From assembly GCA_965215195.1 (NCBI GenBank), contig CBDCDC010000002.1, positions 4,160,001 to 4,224,000 on the forward strand: a stretch of DNA of 64,000 nt. Reading direction: 5' to 3'. The position numbers and the translations under genes are program-made. Below are positions 45,797-54,754 of this stretch, in pieces (the stretch's first letter is position 1; each line of letters begins with the position of its first letter). The notes under the pieces are model-generated. The model saw only the letters and a program-made list of their open reading frames with translations. It was not told the origin of the DNA and made no database searches. The DNA comes from Candidatus Latescibacterota bacterium. GTDB lineage: Bacteria > Latescibacterota > UBA2968 > UBA8231.

Positions 45797-47635
45797 ATGC
45801 CGAAAGTTAGAATGTTCACAGTGGCCGCTTGGTTGGGCATCTGCGTCGCCGGCCATGCCGCTGCGGAGGAAGGGGCGTGGGAGGTGGTGGAGAAAATTCT
45901 CATGAGTACCAAGGATATCGTCGTACTCGACGGCACCGAAAAGGTGCCGCTGCGCTACGAGGGGGGAGCAGAGCCGACCCACGGCGACTGGATGGTGCGC
46001 CACATGCTGTCCGATCCCGAAAAACTCAATCCGTACACCTCCAGCGATGCCGGTGCCAGCCGGGTGCTAGAGCTTATCTTTGAGAGCCTACTCGACACCG
46101 AGCATGAGCCGCCGTACAACCTGCGGGGTTGGGTGGCTGTCGGATATCCAGAGGTTGCGGCGGACAAACTCGCGTACACGTTTGAGTTGCGCGACGGGGT
46201 TTACTTCTCAGACGGCAAGCCGCTGACGGCCGCGGATGTCGTCTTCAGCATGAAGGTCATCCACAACCCCCAAGTGCTAGCGCCGCATCTGCGCAACTAC
46301 TATGCTACCGTCCGAGACGTGCAGATCGTGGAGGCCAATAAGGTCCGCTTCCTTTGCCGCGAGCCTTATTTCCGCAATGACCTGATCTTGGGCGGCTTCT
46401 CCATTCTGCCCAAGCATTTCTACGACCCGGAGGGGCTGATGGAGCCGGTCGAGCTCAAGAGCTTGGTGGATGGCTCTTGGGAGGAGGGGCCTCACAAGGA
46501 ACGGGTTGAGCGCTTTGCCGAACAGTTCAACCAAAATTTCAATCGCACGGCGCTTGGCTCGGGGCCGTACCGGATCGCAGATCCAGAGCGCGATTTGGTC
46601 ACCCAGCAGAAAGTCGTGCTGACGCGGAATGCAAACTACTGGGGTCGGGACGTGGAAGGGCTGCTGCCGCCCGGCTTTGTCGATAAGATCGTCTTTAACA
46701 TCATCAACAATACCGACGCGGCATTCATCGAGTTGACCAACGGCAACCTCGATTACTACGCTCTGCGCCCGTTGCAATTTAAGGAAAAGAGCTGGTCGGA
46801 AGACTTCAATCGCCGCTTCCTCAAAGGCGTCAGCTACTCCAGCGGCTATATGTACATAGGGTGGAACAACAACCATCCGATCTTCGGCGACAAGCGGGTG
46901 CGCCAAGCCATGACCTATTTGACCGACCGCGAGGGCATGGTAGAGAACTTCATGTTCGGCTTGGCCGAGACGGTAGAGGGGCCGATTAACAAGTTTCGCC
47001 CGGAGTACAACCACGACCTCGCGCCGTACCCCTACGATCCCGACCGCGCCCTCGACCTGCTCGCGGAGGCTGGCTGGGAGGACGCCGATGAGGACGGCAT
47101 TCTCGACAAGACCATCGACGGAGAGTTGGTGCCATTTCGCTTTGAGATCTTGGTCAACTCGGGCAACCAGATCCGCAAAGACATCGCCCTGACGGTCCAA
47201 TACGAGCTGCAAGATATCGGCATTGACTGCCAAGTGCGCGAGCTAGACTGGTCGATTTTCCTGCAAAAGGTCAAGAGCAAAGCTTTCGACGCCATGGTGT
47301 TGGGCTGGACCGGCAGCCTGCGCGTCGCACCCGACAGCTACCAGATCTGGCATTCTTCCCAGACCGTAGAGAACGGCTCCAACCACGTGAGCTTTATCAA
47401 CGACGAAGTTGACAACATCTTGGAGACCTATCGCCGCGAGTTCGACATGGACAAGCGCATTGAGCTCTACCGCCGCTTTCAGGAGATCCTGTACGCGGAA
47501 CAGCCGTACACCTTCATGTGGAAATCGCGCTCGCCCCAAGCCTATAGCCGGCGCTTCAGTGGCGTCACTTGGTATCCCCCCGGCGTCCGCTTGCAGGACT
47601 GGTGGGTTGCGCGGGAAGAGCAGATGTACCAATAG
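45797..47635 (+). CDS. Peptide/nickel ABC transporter substrate-binding protein (family 5, OppA-like)
   Basis: DPEKLNP, FELRDGVYFSDGKPLTAADVVFS, GSGPY, F.DKRVRQAM. Confidence 0.9.
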   Translation: MPKVRMFTVAAWLGICVAGHAAAEEGAWEVVEKILMSTKDIVVLDGTEKVPLRYEGGAEPTHGDWMVRHMLSDPEKLNPYTSSDAGASRVLELIFESLLDTEHEPPYNLRGWVAVGYPEVAADKLAYTFELRDGVYFSDGKPLTAADVVFSMKVIHNPQVLAPHLRNYYATVRDVQIVEANKVRFLCREPYFRNDLILGGFSILPKHFYDPEGLMEPVELKSLVDGSWEEGPHKERVERFAEQFNQNFNRTALGSGPYRIADPERDLVTQQKVVLTRNANYWGRDVEGLLPPGFVDKIVFNIINNTDAAFIELTNGNLDYYALRPLQFKEKSWSEDFNRRFLKGVSYSSGYMYIGWNNNHPIFGDKRVRQAMTYLTDREGMVENFMFGLAETVEGPINKFRPEYNHDLAPYPYDPDRALDLLAEAGWEDADEDGILDKTIDGELVPFRFEILVNSGNQIRKDIALTVQYELQDIGIDCQVRELDWSIFLQKVKSKAFDAMVLGWTGSLRVAPDSYQIWHSSQTVENGSNHVSFINDEVDNILETYRREFDMDKRIELYRRFQEILYAEQPYTFMWKSRSPQAYSRRFSGVTWYPPGVRLQDWWVAREEQMYQ

Positions 47636-47644
47636 GGCGCGTCC

Positions 47645-48061
47645 GTGTCCTCCGCAGACGCCCTCCGCTGGGAGAGCCACCCCCTGCGCCGGGAGAAGCC
47701 GGCCAAGTCCATGCTACTGGTCGCGCTCATCGTCGCTTCCGCAGCGGCTGCGGCCTTTGGCTTTGAGCATTGGTTTTACGGGGTGTTTTCACTCGGAGCA
47801 TTGACCGTCTCGCTGTCGCGCTATTTCTTCCCTACGCGCTACGCGCTCAACGGCGAGGGGGTCCGCAGCGAACACCTCGGCCTTAAACAGCGCCGTTCTT
47901 GGGCGGAATTCCGTCGAGTAGAAGAGCATCGGGACGGCATTTTTTTACGTCCGTCCGTCCGCCCAAGTCGGCTGGATTCCTTTCGCGGCGTTTTTTTGCG
48001 CTGCGATCAAAACCGCACAGAGGTTGCGCGTTTCGTCCGGTGCCATGTTCCGAGTCAATAG
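47645..48061 (+). CDS. Small membrane protein, 2 TM + PH-like domain
   Basis: W.SHP, two TM helices, FFPTRY, W.EFRR, LD.FRG. Confidence 0.65.
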   Translation: MSSADALRWESHPLRREKPAKSMLLVALIVASAAAAAFGFEHWFYGVFSLGALTVSLSRYFFPTRYALNGEGVRSEHLGLKQRRSWAEFRRVEEHRDGIFLRPSVRPSRLDSFRGVFLRCDQNRTEVARFVRCHVPSQ

Positions 48062-48380
48062 CTTAAAAGCGCGGTGGCGGCACGCTTTTGCCCTTGAAGA
48101 TCCAGCGGCGGGTTGGTCTGAAGACGAGCGTGCGCTGGCCGAGCGGCTGGCCGAGTTTATAGTGCGCCGCCGCATGGGAGCGGCCGCGTCCATGGCGTTG
48201 GAGGCTTGCCGCCCTCTCAACTTTTTGGGCAGCCAAGCCCTGACCTTTTTGGCCCCGTTTGCCACGCTGGTTTTTTCGCGCGACGAGTACCAGCGCTTTA
48301 CGCGCATGTTGGAGCGACGCCAGTGCATAGATTTGCTCGCCGAGGCCATTGCCCGGCGCGAAAGCCAAAAGCATGGATGA
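48045..48380 (+). CDS. Conserved small hypothetical protein
   Basis: LE..RPLNFLGSQ.L.F..PF. Overlaps both neighbours. Confidence 0.65.
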   Translation: MFRVNSLKARWRHAFALEDPAAGWSEDERALAERLAEFIVRRRMGAAASMALEACRPLNFLGSQALTFLAPFATLVFSRDEYQRFTRMLERRQCIDLLAEAIARRESQKHG

Positions 48381-50154
48381 CCTCAACGTAGTTATCGCCA
48401 CGGACTGCGGCAGTACGACGACCAAGGCGATCCTGATCGAAAAGAAGGACGAAGGGTATCGCCAGACCTTTCGCGGCGAGGCCCCCACTACGGTGGAGGC
48501 CCCCTTTGAGGACGTCACCCGGGGGGTGCTCAACGCCATTCAAGAGGTTGAGGAGCTTTCCGGGCGGCAAATTCTCGCTGGCGAGCAGATCATCACTCCG
48601 GCAGACGGCGCTGTCGGGGTCGATATGTACATCTCCACGAGCAGTGCCGGCGGCGGGTTGCAGATGGTAGTGGCCGGCGTGGTCTTGGCGATGACTGGCG
48701 AGAGCGCACAGCGCTGCGCCTTGGGGGCCGGGGCAATTGTCATGGACGCGCTCGCTGCCAACGATGGGCGCTTGCCGCACGAGAAAATAGAGCGCATCCG
48801 CCAACTGCGCCCCGATATGGTGTTGCTGTCGGGCGGCACCGATGGCGGCACCGTCAGCCACGTGGTCGAGCTGGCCGAATTCATCAGCGCGGCCGATCCC
48901 AAGCCCCGCTTTGGCGCGGGCTTCAAGTTGCCGGTTATTTTTGCGGGCAATCAGAGCGCGTGCGAGGCGGTCAAAAAGGCGTTGGGAGGGAAGATGGCCC
49001 TGACCGTCGCCGAGAATATCCGCCCAGTGCTCGAAGAGGAAAACTTGGACCCGGCGCGGCGCGTCATTCACGACCTCTTCCTCGAACACGTCATGGCGCA
49101 GGCACCTGGCTACCGCAAGCTGATGGGCTGGACCGGTGCGCCGATTATGCCGACGCCCGGGGCAGTGGGCGAGATCATGCAGACTATTGCCCGCCAGCAG
49201 GAGCTCAATGTCGTTGGCGTGGATATCGGCGGGGCGACGACCGATGTATTCAGCGTCTTCGATGGCGCGTTCAACCGCACGGTCAGTGCCAATTTAGGCA
49301 TGTCCTATAGCGTCTCCAACGTGCTGGCCGAGGCCGGGCTCGACCGCATCATGCGCTGGGTTCCTTTTGACATTGAGGAAGCCGACCTCCGCGACCGGAT
49401 CAAAAACAAGATGATCCGCCCGACGACCATCCCGCAGCTCATGCAGGAACTGCAAGTTGAGCAAGCCATTGCCCGCGAGGCCCTGCGCCTGGCCTTTGAG
49501 CAACACCGGGCGTTGGCAGTGGGATTGAAGGGGGTGCAGAGCAAGCGCACGCTGGCCGATGTGTTTGAGCAGGGTGCCACCGGCGAGAGTTTAGTCGAGA
49601 TGATGGCGCTGGACATGCTGGTCGGCAGCGGCGGCGTACTCTCGCACGCGCCCCGCCGCGAGCAGAGTTGCGCCATGCTCATAGATGCCTTCCAGCCCGA
49701 AGGCGTCACTCGCTTGGCGGTCGATAGCATCTTTATGATGCCCCACTTGGGGGTGCTCTCGACCGTTGACGAGCGGGCCGCGACCGAGGTTTTTGAGCGC
49801 GATTGCCTGATCTACTTGGGCACTTGTGTAGCTCCCGTCGGCGAGGGTAAGGACGGCGAGGTTTGCCTCCAGTACGAGATAGAACTGCCCAGCGGGCGTC
49901 AAACTGGCCAAGTACAGGTCGGCCAGCTACAGTGGATGCCCTTGGCCGATGGCGAGGAGGTCGAAGTCTCACTCCAGCCGGCGCGGCGTTGGGATGTGGG
50001 TGCTGGTCCGGGGCAAGCCCTAAACGCGCGGGTGCGCGGCGGGGTTGTAGGGCTAGTGCTGGACGGTCGCGGGCGGCCCATCCAGATGGCGACAGACCGC
50101 GATCGCCAGCGGCAGATAAGCGACTGGCAGCGGGCGTTAAACCTATACGAGTAG
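48373..50154 (+). CDS. GlmL/MutL-like (glutamate mutase L family) ASKHA-fold ATPase with C-terminal extension
   Basis: DCGSTTTKA, APTTVE, SSAGGGL, GGTDGG, PTP, VDIGGATTDVFS, GSGG, LDGRGRP. Confidence 0.85.
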   Translation: MDDLNVVIATDCGSTTTKAILIEKKDEGYRQTFRGEAPTTVEAPFEDVTRGVLNAIQEVEELSGRQILAGEQIITPADGAVGVDMYISTSSAGGGLQMVVAGVVLAMTGESAQRCALGAGAIVMDALAANDGRLPHEKIERIRQLRPDMVLLSGGTDGGTVSHVVELAEFISAADPKPRFGAGFKLPVIFAGNQSACEAVKKALGGKMALTVAENIRPVLEEENLDPARRVIHDLFLEHVMAQAPGYRKLMGWTGAPIMPTPGAVGEIMQTIARQQELNVVGVDIGGATTDVFSVFDGAFNRTVSANLGMSYSVSNVLAEAGLDRIMRWVPFDIEEADLRDRIKNKMIRPTTIPQLMQELQVEQAIAREALRLAFEQHRALAVGLKGVQSKRTLADVFEQGATGESLVEMMALDMLVGSGGVLSHAPRREQSCAMLIDAFQPEGVTRLAVDSIFMMPHLGVLSTVDERAATEVFERDCLIYLGTCVAPVGEGKDGEVCLQYEIELPSGRQTGQVQVGQLQWMPLADGEEVEVSLQPARRWDVGAGPGQALNARVRGGVVGLVLDGRGRPIQMATDRDRQRQISDWQRALNLYE

Positions 50155-50157
50155 CTC

Positions 50158-51273
50158 ATGGCCCACGCCTATACCCCTGGACTGCGCGTGACGCAACACG
50201 CAGTCGTCCACAAAGAGCGGCGTTTGCCCCTCAAAGGCGAAGTTGTCGTCGAGCGCGGCCAAGCGGTGCGGCGAAACCAAGTCGTGGCCCGCACCGAACT
50301 GCCGGGCGAGGTGGCAATCCTCAACTTGGTAAACCGCTTGGGCATCTCGCCGCAAGAGTTATCCGGCTATATGCTCAAAAAAGAGGGCGACCGCGTCGAA
50401 GCCGGCGAGCCGCTCGCCGAGACCAAGCCCTTTATTCGGTGGTTCAAGACCACGGTCGAAGCCCCGGTCAGCGGCACGGTCGAGAGCATTTCGCCGGTTA
50501 CCGGGCAGGTGATGCTGCGCCAAGCCCCTAAGCCGGTCGAAGTGCTCGCTTACGTCGATGGGGTCGTCGAGGAAGTTTTTGCCGCGGAGGGCGTGCGCGT
50601 CGCAGCGCAAGGTGCGTATATCCAGGGCATTTTCGGCGTGGGGGGCGAGTGCTGGGGTGCGCTGCACTTGGCGGTTGCAGCCCCGGACGCCATTGCCGGG
50701 CCGCTGGGCCCGGAAGTGGCGGGCAAAATCGCGGTGGTCGGTAGCCTGATTAGCGCGGAGACCGTGGAACAGGCCCGGCAGGCCGGGGCCGTGGGGTTGA
50801 TCGGCGGCGGCCTGCGCGACCGCGACTTGCGCGACCTGCTCGGCCGCGATTTGGGCGTGGCCATCACCGGGACCGAGCAAATCGGCCTGACCGTGGTAGC
50901 TACCGAGGGCTTCGGCCGCGTCGCCATGGCCCGCAAGACCTTCGACATTCTGCGCGCCTGCGCCGGCATGGATGCGTCCATGGCCGGCGCGACCCAGATC
51001 CGCGCTGGCGTATTGCGGCCGGAGATCATCGTTCCCACAGCCGCTGACAAAGAGGAAGAAGAGGTGCGGCCGAGTGCGGGCGGGTTGCAGGTGGGCGATT
51101 TGTTGCGGGTGATTCGGATGCCCTATTTTGGGCGCATTGGGCGCGTCAGCGACTTGCCGACCGAATTGTGCGCGGTGGAATCTGGGGCGCGGGTGCGGGT
51201 CTTGGCCGTGGAGTTTGAAGACGGGGAGCAGGCGGTAGTGCCGCGGGCAAATGTGGAGCTGATTGAGGAATAA
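50158..51273 (+). CDS. Conserved protein with barrel-sandwich hybrid (lipoyl/RnfC-N-like) repeats and C-terminal KOW-like domain
   Basis: KKEGDRVEAGEPLA..APVSGTV, QGIFGVGGE, TEGFG, TQIRAGV.RPE, GD..RVIR.PYFGRIG. Confidence 0.7.
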   Translation: MAHAYTPGLRVTQHAVVHKERRLPLKGEVVVERGQAVRRNQVVARTELPGEVAILNLVNRLGISPQELSGYMLKKEGDRVEAGEPLAETKPFIRWFKTTVEAPVSGTVESISPVTGQVMLRQAPKPVEVLAYVDGVVEEVFAAEGVRVAAQGAYIQGIFGVGGECWGALHLAVAAPDAIAGPLGPEVAGKIAVVGSLISAETVEQARQAGAVGLIGGGLRDRDLRDLLGRDLGVAITGTEQIGLTVVATEGFGRVAMARKTFDILRACAGMDASMAGATQIRAGVLRPEIIVPTAADKEEEEVRPSAGGLQVGDLLRVIRMPYFGRIGRVSDLPTELCAVESGARVRVLAVEFEDGEQAVVPRANVELIEE

Positions 51274-51277
51274 AGGT

Positions 51278-52522
51278 ATGAGAGCAAAAAGCTGGCTGGC
51301 TGCATTCGTCTTGGCTTGGCCGTTGGCGAGCGCGGCGGAGAATGCGGAACAGGGGCTTGGCGCGTTGCTGGCACCCCCTAGGCCGCCGATTGAGGTGCAA
51401 GCCTTTGACACGCCCAATGACGACGGGGGCAGCATTACGCTGACTTGGCCGCGAGATCGTCAGATCAGTGAAAATGCGATGTATCAGGTCGCCATTGCCG
51501 ACTCGCCCAGCGGGCCTTTTCGCGTCGCGGCCGAGGTTGCGGCAACGGAGAATTTGATGTCCGAGGCACCGGCCCTCTTTGGGCACGGGGATGATCTGGA
51601 GAATCACCACTATGTCAACGTTGAGGAATTCGCCGGCGCGAGCGGCAAGGTGCCGTTAGAAGACGGCAAGACGTATTACTTTCACGTGGATGTGCGGTCG
51701 GCCGGGGGCGCGATCCGCGGCAAGGTGATCGTCAACGCCGAGTCGGCCGGCAATTTTTTTAATCGCGCCAAGACCAACAATCTGATGTTGTGCCTCGTGT
51801 TTTCAGGGCTAATCATGGGCTACATTGGCATCGCACGGCGGCGCGCGCTCAAAATTCGCCGCATCGCCGGACTAGAGGCGCTCGACGAGGCGCTGGGGCG
51901 GGCGACCGAGATGGGCAAGCCGGTGCTCTTCATCCACGGCCTGCGCGGCATGGACTCGATATCGACTATTGCCGCGGTCAATATCTTGGGCCGGGTCGCG
52001 CGGCGCACGGCCGAGTACGAGACCGCGCTGCGGGTGGTGGCCCCAGACCCGGTGGTCATGTCCGTGAGTCAGGAGACGATGAAGGCATCTTATGTGGAGG
52101 CCGGCCGGCCCCACGACTTCAACCCGGAGCACGTGTTCGTCGCTAGTACCGATCAGTTCAGCTATGCGGCGGCGGTTGAAGGCATCATGGTGCGCGAGCG
52201 GCCGGCGGCTCACATTATGATGGGGTACTTCTACGCTGAGTCCCTGCTGTTGGCCGAGACGGGTTCGACGACCGGGGCGATCCAGATCGCCGGTACGGAC
52301 GCCTTCACCCAACTGCCTTTTTTTATTACGACTTGCGATTATACCCTACTCGGCGAAGAGCTGTACGCGGCCAGTGCCTATCTGTCGGGTGAGCCGCGAA
52401 TGCTGGGCACGCTCAAGGGCCAGGACATGAGCAAGGCCATTATTTTGATCGTTTTGGTGGTGGGCACGATCTTAGCGACATTGGGGATGCCGCAATTCGC
52501 ACACGTGTTCGCCCCGTACTGA
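51278..52522 (+). CDS. Exported FN3-like domain + TM + DUF6754-like domain
   Basis: Signal peptide, DTPNDDG.SI.L.W, TM, IRRIAGL.A.DEA.GRATEMG, QLPFF, L.GEELYAASAYL. Confidence 0.75.
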   Translation: MRAKSWLAAFVLAWPLASAAENAEQGLGALLAPPRPPIEVQAFDTPNDDGGSITLTWPRDRQISENAMYQVAIADSPSGPFRVAAEVAATENLMSEAPALFGHGDDLENHHYVNVEEFAGASGKVPLEDGKTYYFHVDVRSAGGAIRGKVIVNAESAGNFFNRAKTNNLMLCLVFSGLIMGYIGIARRRALKIRRIAGLEALDEALGRATEMGKPVLFIHGLRGMDSISTIAAVNILGRVARRTAEYETALRVVAPDPVVMSVSQETMKASYVEAGRPHDFNPEHVFVASTDQFSYAAAVEGIMVRERPAAHIMMGYFYAESLLLAETGSTTGAIQIAGTDAFTQLPFFITTCDYTLLGEELYAASAYLSGEPRMLGTLKGQDMSKAIILIVLVVGTILATLGMPQFAHVFAPY

Positions 52523-52531
52523 GGAGATGCC

Positions 52532-53188
52532 ATGTTGTTTTTCAGCCGCACCCTACCACTGGCTGTCGCCTTTGTCTTTGGTTTGCTGGGCATTGCCATT
52601 TACTACATACCGCACAGCTATGCCCAGAGCTTTGAGCGGGAGATGTCGCTGTGGGTGCGGATCATTTTTGCTTTTTCCTACCTCCTCGGGCTGTACAGCT
52701 TACTCAACCTGCACTGGCAGCGCATCCGCCAGCAGGTCGCCGGCTGGGGGTATAGCTTCGTGGCGATTGTCAGCTTTGCGGTGATGATGGTCTTCGTGGC
52801 GTACAACGACGGGGCCGGTCCGTTTGCTCCGCAAGCCGGAGCCGGGGCCTACAAGTGGATGTTCGACTACATTCACTTCCCCTGCGCCGCCACCATGTTC
52901 TCGATCTTGGCCTTCTTCATTGCGTCGGCGGCCTACCGGACCTTCCGCGCCCGTACGCCCGAAGCCGCCTTGTTGCTCGTCGCCGCCGTGATCGTCATGT
53001 TGGGCCGGGTGCCCATTGGCCGGGAGATCTCCGAGTATTTTCCGCTGGTGAGCGAGTGGCTGATGAGCGTACCGAATTTAGCAGCCAAGCGCGGCATCCT
53101 GCTTGGGGTATCCCTAGGGGCCATTGCAACCTCGCTGCGGATCATCTTCGGTATTGAGCGTTCGTACTTGGGAGGGGGAGACAAGTGA
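52532..53188 (+). CDS. Multi-pass membrane protein of the GlmL cluster
   Basis: Several TM segments, TMFSILAFFIASAAYRTFRAR, R.I.GIER. Confidence 0.75.
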   Translation: MLFFSRTLPLAVAFVFGLLGIAIYYIPHSYAQSFEREMSLWVRIIFAFSYLLGLYSLLNLHWQRIRQQVAGWGYSFVAIVSFAVMMVFVAYNDGAGPFAPQAGAGAYKWMFDYIHFPCAATMFSILAFFIASAAYRTFRARTPEAALLLVAAVIVMLGRVPIGREISEYFPLVSEWLMSVPNLAAKRGILLGVSLGAIATSLRIIFGIERSYLGGGDK

Positions 53189-54003
53189 TGCAGATAGATC
53201 GCCGCATCCTCTTCGCCTTGATGTTTCTCGGAGTGGCCGTGCCGCTCTTGGTGGGGCTAGACCTGCCGATCACGCCGTCCAAGCGGGTGAGAGCGGCTTA
53301 CGACCGGATTGAGCAACTTGCCGCCGGGCAGGTCGTCTTAGTCTCCTTCTCCTACGGCGCCAGTACAGCTCCTGAGATGCAGCCCATGGCGCGGGCGATT
53401 TTGCGCCACGCCTTCCGCCGCGACCTCAAGGTGGTTGCCATTTGCCTGTGGCCGGAAGCGACCGGCTTGGCCCAGGAGGTGCTCGACGAGATGGCGGCTG
53501 AATTCGACTTGGAGTACGGGGTGGATTACACCTTTATGGGCTACAAGCCGGGCAATTTTAGCGTCATTCTCAATATGGGGCACGACATGCACGGCACCTT
53601 TCCACAGGACAATTGGGGCGCCGGTGTTGGCACTTTGGAATTGATGCGGAATTTGCGCTCGCTGAGGGATTTCGATCTCGTCTTTGACTTGGGGGCCGGA
53701 GATTCGATTGAGTTTTGGTGGATTCCCTACGGGCAGGAGAAATACGGCTTTCCCTTTGCCGCCGGCTGCACCGCGGTGATGGCCCCGGATCTCTACCCCT
53801 TCCTCGGCTCGGGCCAACTCGTGGGTCTGCTCGGGGGCTTGGCCGGTGCAGCCGACTACGAGGTCCTGATTGATCACCGCGATGAGGCGAACAAGAGCAT
53901 GTCTCCCCAGTCGGTGACGCACTTGATCATTGTCGTCTTCGTGATTTTTGGCAATATCGCCTACTTCGTCGGTCGGCGGGGCCGATCGCAGCAGGAGAGC
54001 TAA
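53188..54003 (+). CDS. Membrane-anchored alpha/beta protein of the GlmL cluster
   Basis: DRRI.F + TM, E..PM, YG.DY...GY.PG, GQL.GLLGGL.GAA.YE, C-terminal TM. Confidence 0.75.
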   Translation: MQIDRRILFALMFLGVAVPLLVGLDLPITPSKRVRAAYDRIEQLAAGQVVLVSFSYGASTAPEMQPMARAILRHAFRRDLKVVAICLWPEATGLAQEVLDEMAAEFDLEYGVDYTFMGYKPGNFSVILNMGHDMHGTFPQDNWGAGVGTLELMRNLRSLRDFDLVFDLGAGDSIEFWWIPYGQEKYGFPFAAGCTAVMAPDLYPFLGSGQLVGLLGGLAGAADYEVLIDHRDEANKSMSPQSVTHLIIVVFVIFGNIAYFVGRRGRSQQES

Positions 54004-54006
54004 GCC

Positions 54007-54720
54007 GTGCGCGATACCTATATCTTTCTGGGTTTGCTCCTGCTGTTTGCGGCCGTCAACATCGGCTTAGTGGCCAGCGGCACCTTGGCGGCGGATTGGA
54101 CGGGTTTCGGCGTCATCGTCGCCGCGGGAATGACCTTGGCGCTCTACAGCTTCCTCTACAAGGACAACCCGCTCTTCAAATTTGCCGAGCACGTCTTCGT
54201 CGGCGTGGCAGCGGCCTACGTATTCGGCCAGTACTGGTATCCGACGCTTTACGGCGAGCTCATCGCCGAATGGACCGATCCGGGGGAAGGGGAGTCGCCC
54301 GATTGGTGGCTGTTGGCCCCGACGGCGCTCGGGCTTTTGATGTTGACGCGCTTTTCGCTGCGCTTTGGTTGGCTCAGCCGCTATGCTTTTGCATTTTTCG
54401 TGGGGTTGAGTGCCGGCCTGACGATTCCCCGCTATATTTCTTCTTTTATTTTGGCCCAAGTTGAACCTACATTACAACCACTAACTGGGAGCTGGGAGGG
54501 ACTCAATTTGCTGATCGTCCTAGTGGGGGTCGTCGGGGTGTTGGTTTATTTCTTCTTTTCCGTTGAGCACACTGGCGCGGCCGGCCACATCTCCAAGGTG
54601 GGGATATGGTTTTTGATGGTCTCGTTTGGGGCTTCGTTTGGTTACACTATTATGGCGAGGGTCTCGCTGTTGATCGGGCGCGCGACCTTTCTCTTAGAAG
54701 ATTGGCTGCACCTGATGTAG
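54007..54720 (+). CDS. Multi-pass membrane protein of the GlmL cluster
   Basis: YSFLYKDNPLFKFAEH.FVG, YFFFS.EH, LM..FGASFGYT.M.R.SLLIGR. Confidence 0.75.
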   Translation: MRDTYIFLGLLLLFAAVNIGLVASGTLAADWTGFGVIVAAGMTLALYSFLYKDNPLFKFAEHVFVGVAAAYVFGQYWYPTLYGELIAEWTDPGEGESPDWWLLAPTALGLLMLTRFSLRFGWLSRYAFAFFVGLSAGLTIPRYISSFILAQVEPTLQPLTGSWEGLNLLIVLVGVVGVLVYFFFSVEHTGAAGHISKVGIWFLMVSFGASFGYTIMARVSLLIGRATFLLEDWLHLM

Positions 54721-54754
54721 CGATATTGAGAACTACCCTACAAAGGAGGGATAT

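Noticed and set aside
48373-50154. Calling this DNA-repair MutL or a glutamate mutase operon
   Set aside because: Motifs are ASKHA-type, not GHKL, and glmS/glmE are absent from the window.
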